A stretch of DNA of 64,000 nt from Gammaproteobacteria bacterium (GTDB lineage Bacteria > Pseudomonadota > Gammaproteobacteria > SZUA-229), in assembly GCA_029881795.1 (NCBI GenBank), contig JAOULX010000016.1, positions 2,434-66,433 of the forward strand, written 5' to 3'. Both the position numbers and the translations under genes were made by a program. Below, one piece after another: positions 45,710 through 55,519 of the stretch. Numbering within the stretch: the stretch's first letter is position 1; each line of letters starts with the position of its first letter. The notes beneath the pieces were generated by a model that saw nothing but the letters and a program-made list of their open reading frames with translations, had not been told where the DNA came from and did no database searches.

Positions 45710-46640
45710 TTTGTGCGTTTCTTAACATATTTTTCAAGATAATATCTTTGTCACGAAGCTTTATGTTCAGTGAGTGAGCTACCTTTTTATTGATTTCTAT
45801 ATCAAAATATTTCGGATATGAGCGACTTGTCAATAAATAGCCTGAACTTTTGTTTTGGATCAGTGTTTCGACAGTTTGGCGACTGATATCTGTCACTGAA
45901 CTGAAAACAGCTGCGAGTGCTCCGGCTCTGACATAGGCCTTTGAATAACCTAAAACAGGTATCTTTTTTCGATAGGTGGTTAATAATATGCCCTTAATCG
46001 AACGTTTGTTGTAAATGGAGTTGTCAGGAATTGCCAGTAAAATATCGGATTCTTCTGAAAGATAGCGAGTCTCTGAAATGAGTTCAGTGCGGTCAAATAC
46101 GGTAATAGTTTTAGGCGTCAATGAGAATTTTTTCACAGTATCGCTGATGTTCTCTTTTCTTTGATGCGAGTTCTTACCAAAGATAATGCCGACAGTGTGG
46201 AATGTGTCTGATAATTGTCTGATTAATTCCAGTTGCCTCGCAACGGGCTGGTCGATGTAAATGCTGGAAAATAAATGTCGGTATTGTTTGTCGATGCTAT
46301 TTTCAAGGTGCGTGAATGCCTGTAAGGGTATTAACAGACTTAAAACCGGTTTCGATGTGTTGCTTTGGAACAGTAGTGATGCAGCGGTGTAGCCAATTGT
46401 GATTATACTGTCGTAGTCAGAGTAAGCCCGTGCTTTTAACTCGTTTGTCGTTATAGTGTGGCTGCTGTGATTGGCCTGAGACAGTCCTGTTTCAATCTGT
46501 TTGGCAAGGCTGTTATGAAACCGATGATTTATTTCTGAAACAATTAAATAATTGTCAGCAAATGACAAGCTGCTCATCAAACACAGTGAACATGTTATGA
46601 GTAGGATGAATATTTTGTTGTTGAGAAAGTTTGTTATCAT
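45696..46640 (-). CDS. Periplasmic substrate-binding-like protein (ABC-type PBP fold), probable HK co-sensor
   Basis: 314 aa with signal peptide IFILLITCSLCLMSSLSFA. The overall pattern fits the uncharacterised ABC-type periplasmic component family. Its stop overlaps the HK start by 14 nt. Confidence 0.6.
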   Translation of the reverse strand: MITNFLNNKIFILLITCSLCLMSSLSFADNYLIVSEINHRFHNSLAKQIETGLSQANHSSHTITTNELKARAYSDYDSIITIGYTAASLLFQSNTSKPVLSLLIPLQAFTHLENSIDKQYRHLFSSIYIDQPVARQLELIRQLSDTFHTVGIIFGKNSHQRKENISDTVKKFSLTPKTITVFDRTELISETRYLSEESDILLAIPDNSIYNKRSIKGILLTTYRKKIPVLGYSKAYVRAGALAAVFSSVTDISRQTVETLIQNKSSGYLLTSRSYPKYFDIEINKKVAHSLNIKLRDKDIILKNMLRNAQNEQL

Positions 46641-46659
46641 AAATCCATTTATATGTATT

Positions 46660-48735
46660 TTAAAAACCCTGAAGCTCGACTTCGAGTCGTATTCTTTCGC
46701 TCATGCTACTGTTGTTGTTAGCGGAGACGTTACCGTACTCGTTGTAATCATTGTATTCACCACTAAGGTTTTTGAGCAGTAATGAGTAGGTTAATTTGCT
46801 GCCAGCAATTCTAGTCTTTTTACTTAATTTTAGATTAAGTATGTCATACGGTTCTGTCAGAGAACCAATGTCGGTCCAGCGCATTTCGCCGATCTGGAAA
46901 TATTCGAGACTGAGGGAATAGTCGCTTTTGAACTGTTTGAGAATGCTGAGCCCATAGCTTTCTTTTGGCGCTGAATTTGAAAATACTTCTACGGTGCTGT
47001 AAGCACCCTGGGTTTTATCGGTTATCGAGATATTGGCATAACTTAGGTTCAGGTACAGGTCGTGATCGGGTCTAAAGGTGCTACCAAATTCAATACCTTT
47101 GGCAATTAACATCTGTGAGTTTTCAAAACCACCGTCCTCATTGGGTGAGATATCAACAATGATGTCAGATATCATGTCATGAAATATTTTTGCATTGATC
47201 GTCAGTTTATTGCTGAAGTAATCGCCATAGAAACCTATTTCATTGCTTTCTATTTCTTCAAAATCCAGTCCGCCGATGCTGTTCAGATTAGGCACGGCAA
47301 CGATGTTATCTGTACCGTTTTCACAGGTTAATGTTGTTACAAGCACACAGATTCCTGTACCGGATACAGTCAGTGACGGCCGGTAGGTTATATTGATAGA
47401 TTCTTCTGCCGTTGAGGGGGCTCTGTTGGCGGTTGAATAACTGTAACGAAGACTCTGATTATTAGTGAATTTGTGTATTAAGGCTATCCGCGGTGAATAG
47501 CTGGTATCACTGATTTGATGGTCTTCGATCATAATCCCGGTATTGATGATCAGCTGCGGTGTCATGGTCCATTCGGCATGACCGAAGGCACGACTGACAT
47601 CGGTTGTGAAGGTCTCGCTGGTATCAAATAAAGCTTCGGATTTGACGCTGTCGCGACGTGTGCTGAAGCCAGAGACTGTGCGCAGCGACTTGCTAGGTTT
47701 GTAGAAATAATTGACTTCCAGATCCTGGCGGCTGGCTTCACTGCTGCTGTCGAGTGTTATCCGAAACGGATCGAAAGTAATACCGGCAGGATAACCCAAA
47801 TCTGCTGAAGTTAAATTGATCTCGGTAGATAGCGATGAATTATTCAGGCTGTACTGGTTTCGATAAAGCTGAACGGATACTGAACTTTTGTCATCCAGAT
47901 TGCGTTCCCATTTGAAATGGTGGTAACTGACGCTTGTTTCAAACCTATGCGTTAAAGAGATGTCGCCGCCTTGCTCATACTGCTGGTTTTTGTTGATACC
48001 ACTTTGGTAAAAAAACTGGCTGTTATTATCAATTGTGTAATCGATTCTGAATTTAAGTAGCTCTTCATCGTAAGCGTCTGCAAAATCATCCATTCCTTCA
48101 TCGCCACGGTGAGCTATGGTGACTCTGAATTCGCTGTTTTCGGTTTGAGCGCCGACACGGTATAGCGCCTGATGCTGCTTGTTATTGCCGTTTGCCAGTT
48201 TTAGCAGGCCGGCCTGAGTATCAAACGCATTAAAGGTTTTAATGCTGATAACGGCAAGAAATGAATTTGAGCCGTATGCCGCTGCATTAGGGCCACGAGT
48301 GACTTCAATCTGCTCAATCTCATCGAGTGTAATTGGCAGGCTTTTCCAGGGCACCCCACCCCAGGTCGGAATGTAGACTGAGCGACCATCAATTAAAACC
48401 TGTATCCGCCGGGAATAGATGTCGCTCATTCCATGGTACGTGACGACCGGGATATTGCCATCGTAAAAGCCGACCTGGAAGCCGGGCACCATTCGCATCA
48501 GTTCGGGTATGCTGGTAGCGGTAGAGGCCTCGATCATCTGGCGGTTAATAATCGTTACGCTGGTGGCCGATTCGGTTTGTGGCTGTGATAAGCGGGAGGC
48601 AGATAAGACTATTGGGATATCACTCAGAAAATCATCTTCAGTTATGATGCTGACAGCGGCTGTGTCGGTCTCAATAGCAAACAGATGCAGGGGGGCGCTA
48701 AGGAGCAGAGTCAGTACTAATGTTTTAATGATCAT
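46660..48735 (-). CDS. TonB-dependent outer-membrane receptor
   Basis: 691 aa. Signal peptide, a plug domain with a TonB-box-like region, and a beta-barrel ending in the ...LQGF terminal Phe. 19 bp upstream of the PBP gene. Confidence 0.85.
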   Translation of the reverse strand: MIIKTLVLTLLLSAPLHLFAIETDTAAVSIITEDDFLSDIPIVLSASRLSQPQTESATSVTIINRQMIEASTATSIPELMRMVPGFQVGFYDGNIPVVTYHGMSDIYSRRIQVLIDGRSVYIPTWGGVPWKSLPITLDEIEQIEVTRGPNAAAYGSNSFLAVISIKTFNAFDTQAGLLKLANGNNKQHQALYRVGAQTENSEFRVTIAHRGDEGMDDFADAYDEELLKFRIDYTIDNNSQFFYQSGINKNQQYEQGGDISLTHRFETSVSYHHFKWERNLDDKSSVSVQLYRNQYSLNNSSLSTEINLTSADLGYPAGITFDPFRITLDSSSEASRQDLEVNYFYKPSKSLRTVSGFSTRRDSVKSEALFDTSETFTTDVSRAFGHAEWTMTPQLIINTGIMIEDHQISDTSYSPRIALIHKFTNNQSLRYSYSTANRAPSTAEESINITYRPSLTVSGTGICVLVTTLTCENGTDNIVAVPNLNSIGGLDFEEIESNEIGFYGDYFSNKLTINAKIFHDMISDIIVDISPNEDGGFENSQMLIAKGIEFGSTFRPDHDLYLNLSYANISITDKTQGAYSTVEVFSNSAPKESYGLSILKQFKSDYSLSLEYFQIGEMRWTDIGSLTEPYDILNLKLSKKTRIAGSKLTYSLLLKNLSGEYNDYNEYGNVSANNNSSMSERIRLEVELQGF

Positions 48736-48898
48736 ATTATCTGGCCAATGGAAAATCAGTTTGTTGATATTTTTATATTAAAATGATCATTCCATGACCT
48801 GGTTGCCTGAATAGCATAAAATATCCGCTTTAGTGACATTTGTTTTAATGATATTGCCTGATTATAACCATATTTTATAGGAAATGGTGTGTGAAAAA

Positions 48899-49795
48899 AT
48901 GAAACACTATCCGACAATCGAGCAGTTTATAGGAAATACTCCGCTGGTACGTTTGCAGCGGCTGCTACAAGACTCAAGTAATACGATCTTAGTTAAATTA
49001 GAGGGCAATAACCCGGCTGGTTCGGTTAAAGATCGCCCTGCAATCGGGATGATTCAGGCTGCAGAGGGTCGTGGCGAGATTAAAGCTGGCGATGTGCTGA
49101 TAGAGGCGACGTCGGGTAATACCGGTATTGCATTAGCGATGGCAGCAGCGATCAGGGGCTACCCGATTAAACTCATTATGCCGGATAACAGTACCGCTGA
49201 GCGTAAGGCTGCAATGCAGGCCTATGGCGCAGAGCTGATTCTGGTATCGGCTGAGCAGGGAATGGAAGGTGCCAGAGATCTCGCGCTTCAGATGCAGGCG
49301 AGAGGTGAAGGTGTCGTGCTGGATCAGTTTAATAATAGCGATAACCCTGACACGCATTATCATTCCACGGGCCCGGAGATCTGGCGCGATACCGCCGGGG
49401 AAGTGACGCATTTTGTCAGTGCGATGGGTACCACGGGGACGATTATGGGGGTCTCACATTATTTAAAGGAGCAAAATAATGCGATACAAATTGTCGGGGT
49501 TCAGCCCACTGAGGGCTCGAGTATACCGGGGATAAGGCGCTGGCCAGAGGAGTATTTGCCGGGAATATTTGAAGCTAGCAGGGTTGATCAGATTATCGAT
49601 ATTGATCAGCAGCAGGCAGAACAAACCACTCGGGCTTTATCATCGCAGGAGGGAATCTTTTGCGGGGTCTCCTCTGGTGGTGCGGTTGCGGCTGCTTTAA
49701 AACTTTCAGCGACAGTCAATAATGCTGTGATTGTCGTTATTATTTGTGACCGGGGAGATCGGTATCTCTCAACAGGCGTGTTCAACGCAGAATAA
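48899..49795 (+). CDS. cysM: Cysteine synthase B (O-acetylserine sulfhydrylase B)
   Basis: IGNTPLVRLQRL...LEGNNPAGSVKDRPA...EATSGNTGIALAM is collinear with E. coli CysM, with a PLP lysine in the SVKDR motif. Confidence 0.85.
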   Translation: MKHYPTIEQFIGNTPLVRLQRLLQDSSNTILVKLEGNNPAGSVKDRPAIGMIQAAEGRGEIKAGDVLIEATSGNTGIALAMAAAIRGYPIKLIMPDNSTAERKAAMQAYGAELILVSAEQGMEGARDLALQMQARGEGVVLDQFNNSDNPDTHYHSTGPEIWRDTAGEVTHFVSAMGTTGTIMGVSHYLKEQNNAIQIVGVQPTEGSSIPGIRRWPEEYLPGIFEASRVDQIIDIDQQQAEQTTRALSSQEGIFCGVSSGGAVAAALKLSATVNNAVIVVIICDRGDRYLSTGVFNAE

Positions 49796-49807
49796 ACTGG
49801 AGACAAT

Positions 49808-51148
49808 GTGGTTCAGAAAAGACGTCGCAGACGTGGTAAAAAATTACCGGATTCTCCGGTTGAGTGTGTTATCGAGGGCTTAACAACCGAAGGTCGTGGG
49901 CTGGTTCATATCAATGATAAGGCCGTGTTTGTTGATGGCGCTTTAACTAACGAAAAGGTGCTGATTGAATATACGGCGAGCACTTCAAAATTTGATGAAG
50001 CGAAGGTGTTGGAAGTAATCGAAGCATCGGCTGACAGAGTAAAGCCGCCATGTCGGCACGCCGAAATTTGCGGGGGCTGTAGTCTGCAGCATTTAAATCC
50101 GCAAAAGCAGATCGAAAATAAACAGACAGCGCTAATTGAGTCACTTAAATACATTGGCAAAGTTGAAGCAGCGGCTATTTTACCGGCAATGACAGGACCG
50201 GTGACCGGTTACCGTTATAAAGCCCGCTTAGGTGTGCGCTATGTTGCCAAAAAAGAAAAAGTTCTGGTGGGTTTCAGGGAAAAAAGAAGTAATTTTCTGG
50301 CCTTGATCGACCAGTGTGAAGTTCTGCATGTCAGGGTTGGTCATAAACTGTCCGCCTTGTCTGATTTGATATTTGATCTGCAGGCGCGTGATCAGATACC
50401 GCAAATTGAAGTGGCTATCGATGATTCCAATGTGGTGCTTGTGTTCAGACATCTGGAGCCATTGTCAGAGTCCGATCAGATCAAACTTATCAGCTTTGCT
50501 AAAGCAGAGAATTTTGTCATTATGTTACAACCCGGCGGGCCTGCTACGGTAACCAATCTCTGGCCGATGGATTTTGATTGTCTCTCCTATAAACTGACGG
50601 ATCAGAATATCGAATTTAAATTTGAGGCGAATGATTTTACTCAGGTAAATCCGGCTATTAACCAGAAAATGATTAACCGTGTGCTTGATTTAATGGATAT
50701 ATCGGCTGATGAAAAGGTGCTGGATTTGTTCTGTGGTCTGGGTAATTTTACTTTGCCACTGGCGCAGAAGGCGCATCATGTAACTGGCATTGAAGGTAAT
50801 CAGGAACTGGTTAATAAGGCCGAAAAAAATGCGCTATTAAACGCCATCACTAATGTCGATTTCTTTGCGGTTGATTTATCTGCCAAGCTGGACGGACAGC
50901 GCTGGCTGAATCAGACTTATGACAAAATTCTGCTTGATCCGCCACGTTCCGGTGCCATGGAGATGATTCATTATTTAGGCAAGCTGGGGGCCAGAAGAAT
51001 TGTTTATGTGTCCTGTCAGCCAACCACGCTGGCCCGCGATGCAGGTGCACTGGTTAATGAGTATGGTTACCGTTTGCTGTCCGCCGGTGTCATGGATATG
51101 TTTCCGCATACGGCTCATGTTGAATCAATCGCGGTGTTTGAAAAATAG
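49808..51148 (+). CDS. rlmD: 23S rRNA (uracil1939-C5)-methyltransferase RlmD (RumA)
   Basis: TRAM domain, Fe-S cysteines (CRHAEICGGCSLQH), SAM motif LDLFCGLGNFTLPLA, catalytic VYVSCQPTTLARD. GTG start. Confidence 0.88.
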   Translation: MVQKRRRRRGKKLPDSPVECVIEGLTTEGRGLVHINDKAVFVDGALTNEKVLIEYTASTSKFDEAKVLEVIEASADRVKPPCRHAEICGGCSLQHLNPQKQIENKQTALIESLKYIGKVEAAAILPAMTGPVTGYRYKARLGVRYVAKKEKVLVGFREKRSNFLALIDQCEVLHVRVGHKLSALSDLIFDLQARDQIPQIEVAIDDSNVVLVFRHLEPLSESDQIKLISFAKAENFVIMLQPGGPATVTNLWPMDFDCLSYKLTDQNIEFKFEANDFTQVNPAINQKMINRVLDLMDISADEKVLDLFCGLGNFTLPLAQKAHHVTGIEGNQELVNKAEKNALLNAITNVDFFAVDLSAKLDGQRWLNQTYDKILLDPPRSGAMEMIHYLGKLGARRIVYVSCQPTTLARDAGALVNEYGYRLLSAGVMDMFPHTAHVESIAVFEK

Positions 51149-51154
51149 TTTACA

Positions 51155-51190
51155 GGCTCTGCTGGTTTTGTATCAGCAGAGTCTTTGTTG
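51155..51190. terminator. Bidirectional intrinsic terminator between convergent rlmD and FHA genes
   Basis: GGCTCTGCTG-gttttgtat-CAGCAGAGTC is a stem of about 10 bp followed by a T-rich run, with an A-rich run on the opposite side. Confidence 0.6.
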
Positions 51191-51192
51191 CA

Positions 51193-51918
51193 TTATTCAA
51201 TGTTAAATTCCATCTTTATCCCGGCCACTTCAATCAGATCGTTGTTATTCAGCGGGCTGGCTTTTGAACCAATAATGTCACCATTGATAGTAGGGTGGCC
51301 ACTGTTGGCACCGCCTTCGACATGCAAAATATAATAGCCGGTAGGGCGTCGTGTAATTGCAGCGACCTGTACGCCAGGTTTGCCGAGAGTGGTCAGAACT
51401 TTTGTCAGTGGTAATTTTTTACCGGAATTTGCCCCGCTTAATAACTGTAAACTGGCTTTGCCGATGGTTTTGCTGCTTCCGTTTTTGTGCTCTGTTGCAA
51501 GCCGACTGGCGATTTTTTCCATTTGTCTGTCAATTTCAGAGTCACCGGCGCTCTCTGGCATGCCGGCTGAATCCGGGCGGATGATCATGGTTTTTTCAAA
51601 ATCATTTTTATTAACAGCTGATGAAGGGTCAATGCTGGCTTGGTATTTTAACAGGTGCTTTCCGATCTTGATTTCGTCACCGTTATTTAGCTGGATTTTT
51701 TTTATCAGATTGCCATTAACGTACGTGCCGTTACTGCTGTTCATGTCTTCTAAAAAGCAATCATCTAGTATCTTCAGAAGTTGTGCATGATGAGCGCTGA
51801 CGGATAAATTATCGATGCATATGTCATTGTTCTTATGCCGTCCGATAGTGGTGGTATCGGATGAAATGTCGTATTGAGATTCGATTTTTCCATCATGGGA
51901 AATGATTAGTTTTGACAT
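51193..51918 (-). CDS. Tandem FHA-domain protein (phosphothreonine reader)
   Basis: 241 aa. N-terminal FHA (TTIGRHKNNDICIDNLSVSAHHAQL...NSSNGTYVNGNLI) and a second FHA-like module at the C-terminus (YILHVEGGANSGHPTINGDII). Confidence 0.8.
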   Translation of the reverse strand: MSKLIISHDGKIESQYDISSDTTTIGRHKNNDICIDNLSVSAHHAQLLKILDDCFLEDMNSSNGTYVNGNLIKKIQLNNGDEIKIGKHLLKYQASIDPSSAVNKNDFEKTMIIRPDSAGMPESAGDSEIDRQMEKIASRLATEHKNGSSKTIGKASLQLLSGANSGKKLPLTKVLTTLGKPGVQVAAITRRPTGYYILHVEGGANSGHPTINGDIIGSKASPLNNNDLIEVAGIKMEFNIE

Positions 51919-51942
51919 AGTAATCTGTCCAATGTTGAATTT

Positions 51943-52770
51943 TTATGAAAATATATTTTTAACTTTTGAAACAAGTTTACCAAAACTCATTCCCTGTTTG
52001 TTTGGCTGGATAACAATGACTGAAATATTATCATGACCGCCGTTATCTTTGGCCTGCTGAATCAGTTCGGTGCAGGCAAGATCAATCTGAAACTTGTTTT
52101 CTTCCAAAATTATATTAATCCGGCGATCATCGACCATATCTGATAAACCGTCAGAACAAAGCAGGTAGGTATCATCTGCTTGTACAATGTCTTCACTGAT
52201 ATCGACCTGTACACTTTCTTCTATACCCATGGCACGGGTCACAAGGTTTTTGTTTAGGGATTTGGCTGCTTCTTCTTGAGTGTAAAAACCCCGGTCAATC
52301 AGTTCCTGGAGTAATGAGTGATCGGATGTCAGCTGCTCCATTTCATGATTTCTTAGTCGGTACATTCTGGAATCTCCGACATGGGCTACAGTCAGTCGGT
52401 TATTATAAAACATGGTGACAACAATCGTGGTTCCCATGCCTTCGTATTGTATTTGTTTGCTGGCAGCTTTAAAGATAACGGCATTGGCATTTTCAATAAC
52501 ATTTTTAATCGCAATCGTCTGGTAGCTATAACCGCTGACATCTTCATCAATATCAAGATTTTTACAGCGCTCAAGTTCAGCTGGCAGGTCATTTAAGATG
52601 GAGTTAACCGCTAGTGCGCTGGCTACTTCCCCACCCTTATGACCACCCATGCCGTCAGCCAGCACGGCCAGATTAAGCGACGTGTCATTGCCGATGCTGT
52701 CTTCGTTATGAGAACGAATCAGTCCGGTATCCGTCATGCCTTCAATTTTTATCAGTTTCGGAGTATCCAT
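51943..52770 (-). CDS. PP2C-family Ser/Thr protein phosphatase
   Basis: MTDTGLIRSHNEDS...LADGMGGHKGGEVAS...DNGGHDNISVI are the PP2C metal-binding motifs. 1-nt gap to the kinase stop. Confidence 0.88.
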   Translation of the reverse strand: MDTPKLIKIEGMTDTGLIRSHNEDSIGNDTSLNLAVLADGMGGHKGGEVASALAVNSILNDLPAELERCKNLDIDEDVSGYSYQTIAIKNVIENANAVIFKAASKQIQYEGMGTTIVVTMFYNNRLTVAHVGDSRMYRLRNHEMEQLTSDHSLLQELIDRGFYTQEEAAKSLNKNLVTRAMGIEESVQVDISEDIVQADDTYLLCSDGLSDMVDDRRINIILEENKFQIDLACTELIQQAKDNGGHDNISVIVIQPNKQGMSFGKLVSKVKNIFS

Positions 52771-52771
52771 A

Positions 52772-55366
52772 TTATTTTTTCTGAGCAGCTTTCATGGTTA
52801 TCTGGGCGCATTTTCGTAAATCGGAAGCCATCTGAGCAGCACTTTGGTAGCGCTTTTCAATATCTTTAGCCATGGCCCGGTTAATAATAATGGAAATGCA
52901 TCTGGGTAATCCTTTACGGATAGTGGCAGGATCAGGGTGTGGCTCGTTAGCGATTTTATACATCAAAGCCGCCATTGATTCTGCCTGGAAGGGGAGCTCA
53001 CCTGTTGCCAGCTGGTATAGCATTACCCCTAATGAGAACAGGTCTGAGCGTCCATCGACTCGTTTGCCCGCTAGTTGTTCCGGTGACATATATGACGGTG
53101 TACCTAATACCATACCGGTTTTTGTTTTACTGGAATCGGTAATGCGAGCGATTCCAAAATCGGTGATTTTTAATGCATCGGTATCCTGTTCGTACATGAT
53201 GTTGGCCGGTTTAATATCCCGATGTACCACGCTCTGTTGATGAGCGTACTCAAGGGCGTCGGCCGAGCGCGCGATGATGGAGATAACCTTAAGTAAGGGC
53301 AGCAAGTTGTCGGGTTTTGTGAATTCTGATAAATCTTTGCCTTTAATAAATTCCATCGCGATATAGGCCAGATCGTGTTCTTCGCCGGCATCATAAATCG
53401 TTACAATATTGGGGTGGCTCAATCTGCCGGCTGTCTCTGCTTCTCTGAAAAACCGGTTTTTAACATCCTGAAGTTCGTCGTCTTCAAACTCCTGTGAAAA
53501 GGCCATGGTTTTAATTGCCACAATGCGGCTAATTTTAGGGTCTTTTCCGAGGTAGACTGCACCCATTGCGCCTTTGCCGAGTTCGCTTTCAACTTCATAG
53601 CGACCGAGCATGGGTTTCTGTACATTGTTACCGCTCAGAAGCAGGCTGCTGCTGGTGGAGGATGAGTTGGCGCCGCCAAGAATAACGGTTTCTTCCATGG
53701 CTTTGGTGCGTGCCATGCGCTGTGCAATGTCTTTGAACTTGGCATCAAAGTCGGACATGTATTTATAAACAGAGCTGGCTTTATTGAACTGACGCTTTCG
53801 TTCGTAATCTAGGGCAAGGTTGTAAAGCAGGTCCATTGATGATTTATCCAGCGGCACTTTTCTGAATTTCTCGAAAGCCATATCGAGTTGTCCCTGACCC
53901 TGAAAAGAAAGCCCGAGCATGCGGTTACTTTCGGCCGATTCAAAATCAGATTTTAATTTTCCGCGTTCTGTTAACAGAAAATGTTTTGTTGTCAGTAATA
54001 AATGGCCGGTAATCAGTAATAATACTGGCAGCATCAGTTCGATCCACCAGTTTTGCTGTGTCATCAGAACATAGTGAGTTAATAACAAAGCGATGGTCAG
54101 AATGGCTGTTATACTGAATGCCATGGCTGCATTCAGTCTGGGTAAAATTAATATTAAATAAATTGCAATAAATAAAATCAACAACGGACTGGCAAACTTG
54201 CTCCATTCAGGAACAATAAAAAAATCCTGTTTTAAAATGCTGGAAACAGAATGCGCCAATGTTTCGACCGGTGTCATCGATGGTTTGATGGGTGTCACTT
54301 GGGAGGTTCCCACGCCGAATGCGGTGGCTCCGATTAGGACAATCTTATCTTTGTATTTTTGTAGTGGTACCTTGCCGCTGATAACATCATAAAACGAATC
54401 GATCTGGAAAGCAGACTGACCATTTTCCTTGTCGTTATAATAGTAGGTGTGCATCTGTAAGGATTCATCGGTAAGTATATTTAAATTACCTAACTGTACG
54501 CCTTCACCCAGTTTGATATGAATGTCGCTTAGGTCTAAATTCAATCCTTTTGTAGCCAGCACCAGAGCCAGTGAAGGGAAGTAATTGCCGTAGTGATCAA
54601 CTATTAACGCTTCATGTCTGATCGCGCCATCAATATCCGGTGTAGAGGTCAGGTTTCCAATAGCTAAGGCGTGCCTCCCGAGTTCCAGAATGGGCGCAAC
54701 AGCCTCGTTTGTGGTGCGTGGTAAATAACCCAGTTCCAGAGCTATAGCGCGGTTACTTGCTGGCGGTAAAAAGTTTTTCGCGACATAGTCAGGCAGCTCG
54801 TTATTTTGATTGCCAAACTGTGGTCCGAAAATAAACGGCATTGAAAGTACCACGTTGCCGCTTTTTTCAATTGCTGCAGCCAGTACCCGGTCTGTATTGA
54901 GTTCCTGTTCTGCTTTAAGCAGATTGCTTTTTAGTATTGAAAGGTCATTTTTAATGTTGTTTGCAGTTTGGGAATTCTGGTTTTTCAGGTTCTCAGGTAT
55001 TGCGGGCAGGTGGCTGTTATCATAAAAACTGATCAGTTCATTTATAATATCAAGCCCAGGATCCTGTTGTGGTTCGGTGAAAAAAATAGTCTGGCCAATG
55101 ACGGCTGTGTCGGTTTTACTGAGGAAGTTAAGTAGCTTTGCGTGTTTGTCGCGCGGCCATGGCCAGCGACCGAGATTAGCAATACTATGATCGTCGATGG
55201 CAATAATGGCTATTTTGTTACTGGGTTTTTTATTCGATGCGCGAACCCCAAAATCATAGGCGCTTCGTTCAATTTCGGTAATAAATTCACTACCGGAGAA
55301 CATAATAAATGTAAGTGTTATGACCATGCCGGCAAACCAGTCGCTTTGCCAGATCCCCTTATTCAT
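52772..55366 (-). CDS. CHASE2-sensor, TPR-containing transmembrane Ser/Thr protein kinase (Hanks-type)
   Basis: 864 aa. N-terminal TM, a periplasmic CHASE2 domain (IANLGRWPWPRD), three TM helices, TPR-like repeats, and a C-terminal kinase domain (LGKGAMGAVYLG...AIK...HRDIKPANIM...DFG). Confidence 0.88.
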   Translation of the reverse strand: MNKGIWQSDWFAGMVITLTFIMFSGSEFITEIERSAYDFGVRASNKKPSNKIAIIAIDDHSIANLGRWPWPRDKHAKLLNFLSKTDTAVIGQTIFFTEPQQDPGLDIINELISFYDNSHLPAIPENLKNQNSQTANNIKNDLSILKSNLLKAEQELNTDRVLAAAIEKSGNVVLSMPFIFGPQFGNQNNELPDYVAKNFLPPASNRAIALELGYLPRTTNEAVAPILELGRHALAIGNLTSTPDIDGAIRHEALIVDHYGNYFPSLALVLATKGLNLDLSDIHIKLGEGVQLGNLNILTDESLQMHTYYYNDKENGQSAFQIDSFYDVISGKVPLQKYKDKIVLIGATAFGVGTSQVTPIKPSMTPVETLAHSVSSILKQDFFIVPEWSKFASPLLILFIAIYLILILPRLNAAMAFSITAILTIALLLTHYVLMTQQNWWIELMLPVLLLITGHLLLTTKHFLLTERGKLKSDFESAESNRMLGLSFQGQGQLDMAFEKFRKVPLDKSSMDLLYNLALDYERKRQFNKASSVYKYMSDFDAKFKDIAQRMARTKAMEETVILGGANSSSTSSSLLLSGNNVQKPMLGRYEVESELGKGAMGAVYLGKDPKISRIVAIKTMAFSQEFEDDELQDVKNRFFREAETAGRLSHPNIVTIYDAGEEHDLAYIAMEFIKGKDLSEFTKPDNLLPLLKVISIIARSADALEYAHQQSVVHRDIKPANIMYEQDTDALKITDFGIARITDSSKTKTGMVLGTPSYMSPEQLAGKRVDGRSDLFSLGVMLYQLATGELPFQAESMAALMYKIANEPHPDPATIRKGLPRCISIIINRAMAKDIEKRYQSAAQMASDLRKCAQITMKAAQKK

Positions 55367-55519
55367 TTATTGCTGTCCCCATTGCATGATATAAAAAATA
55401 TTATTATCTGATATTACTCTAAAAACAATGACTTGCATATCATCATAAAAATAAAAGCGAAGCGCCTGCTAATTAGGCTGTCTGTTATGAATAACAGTGT
55501 TTACTAATACGTATCAATT

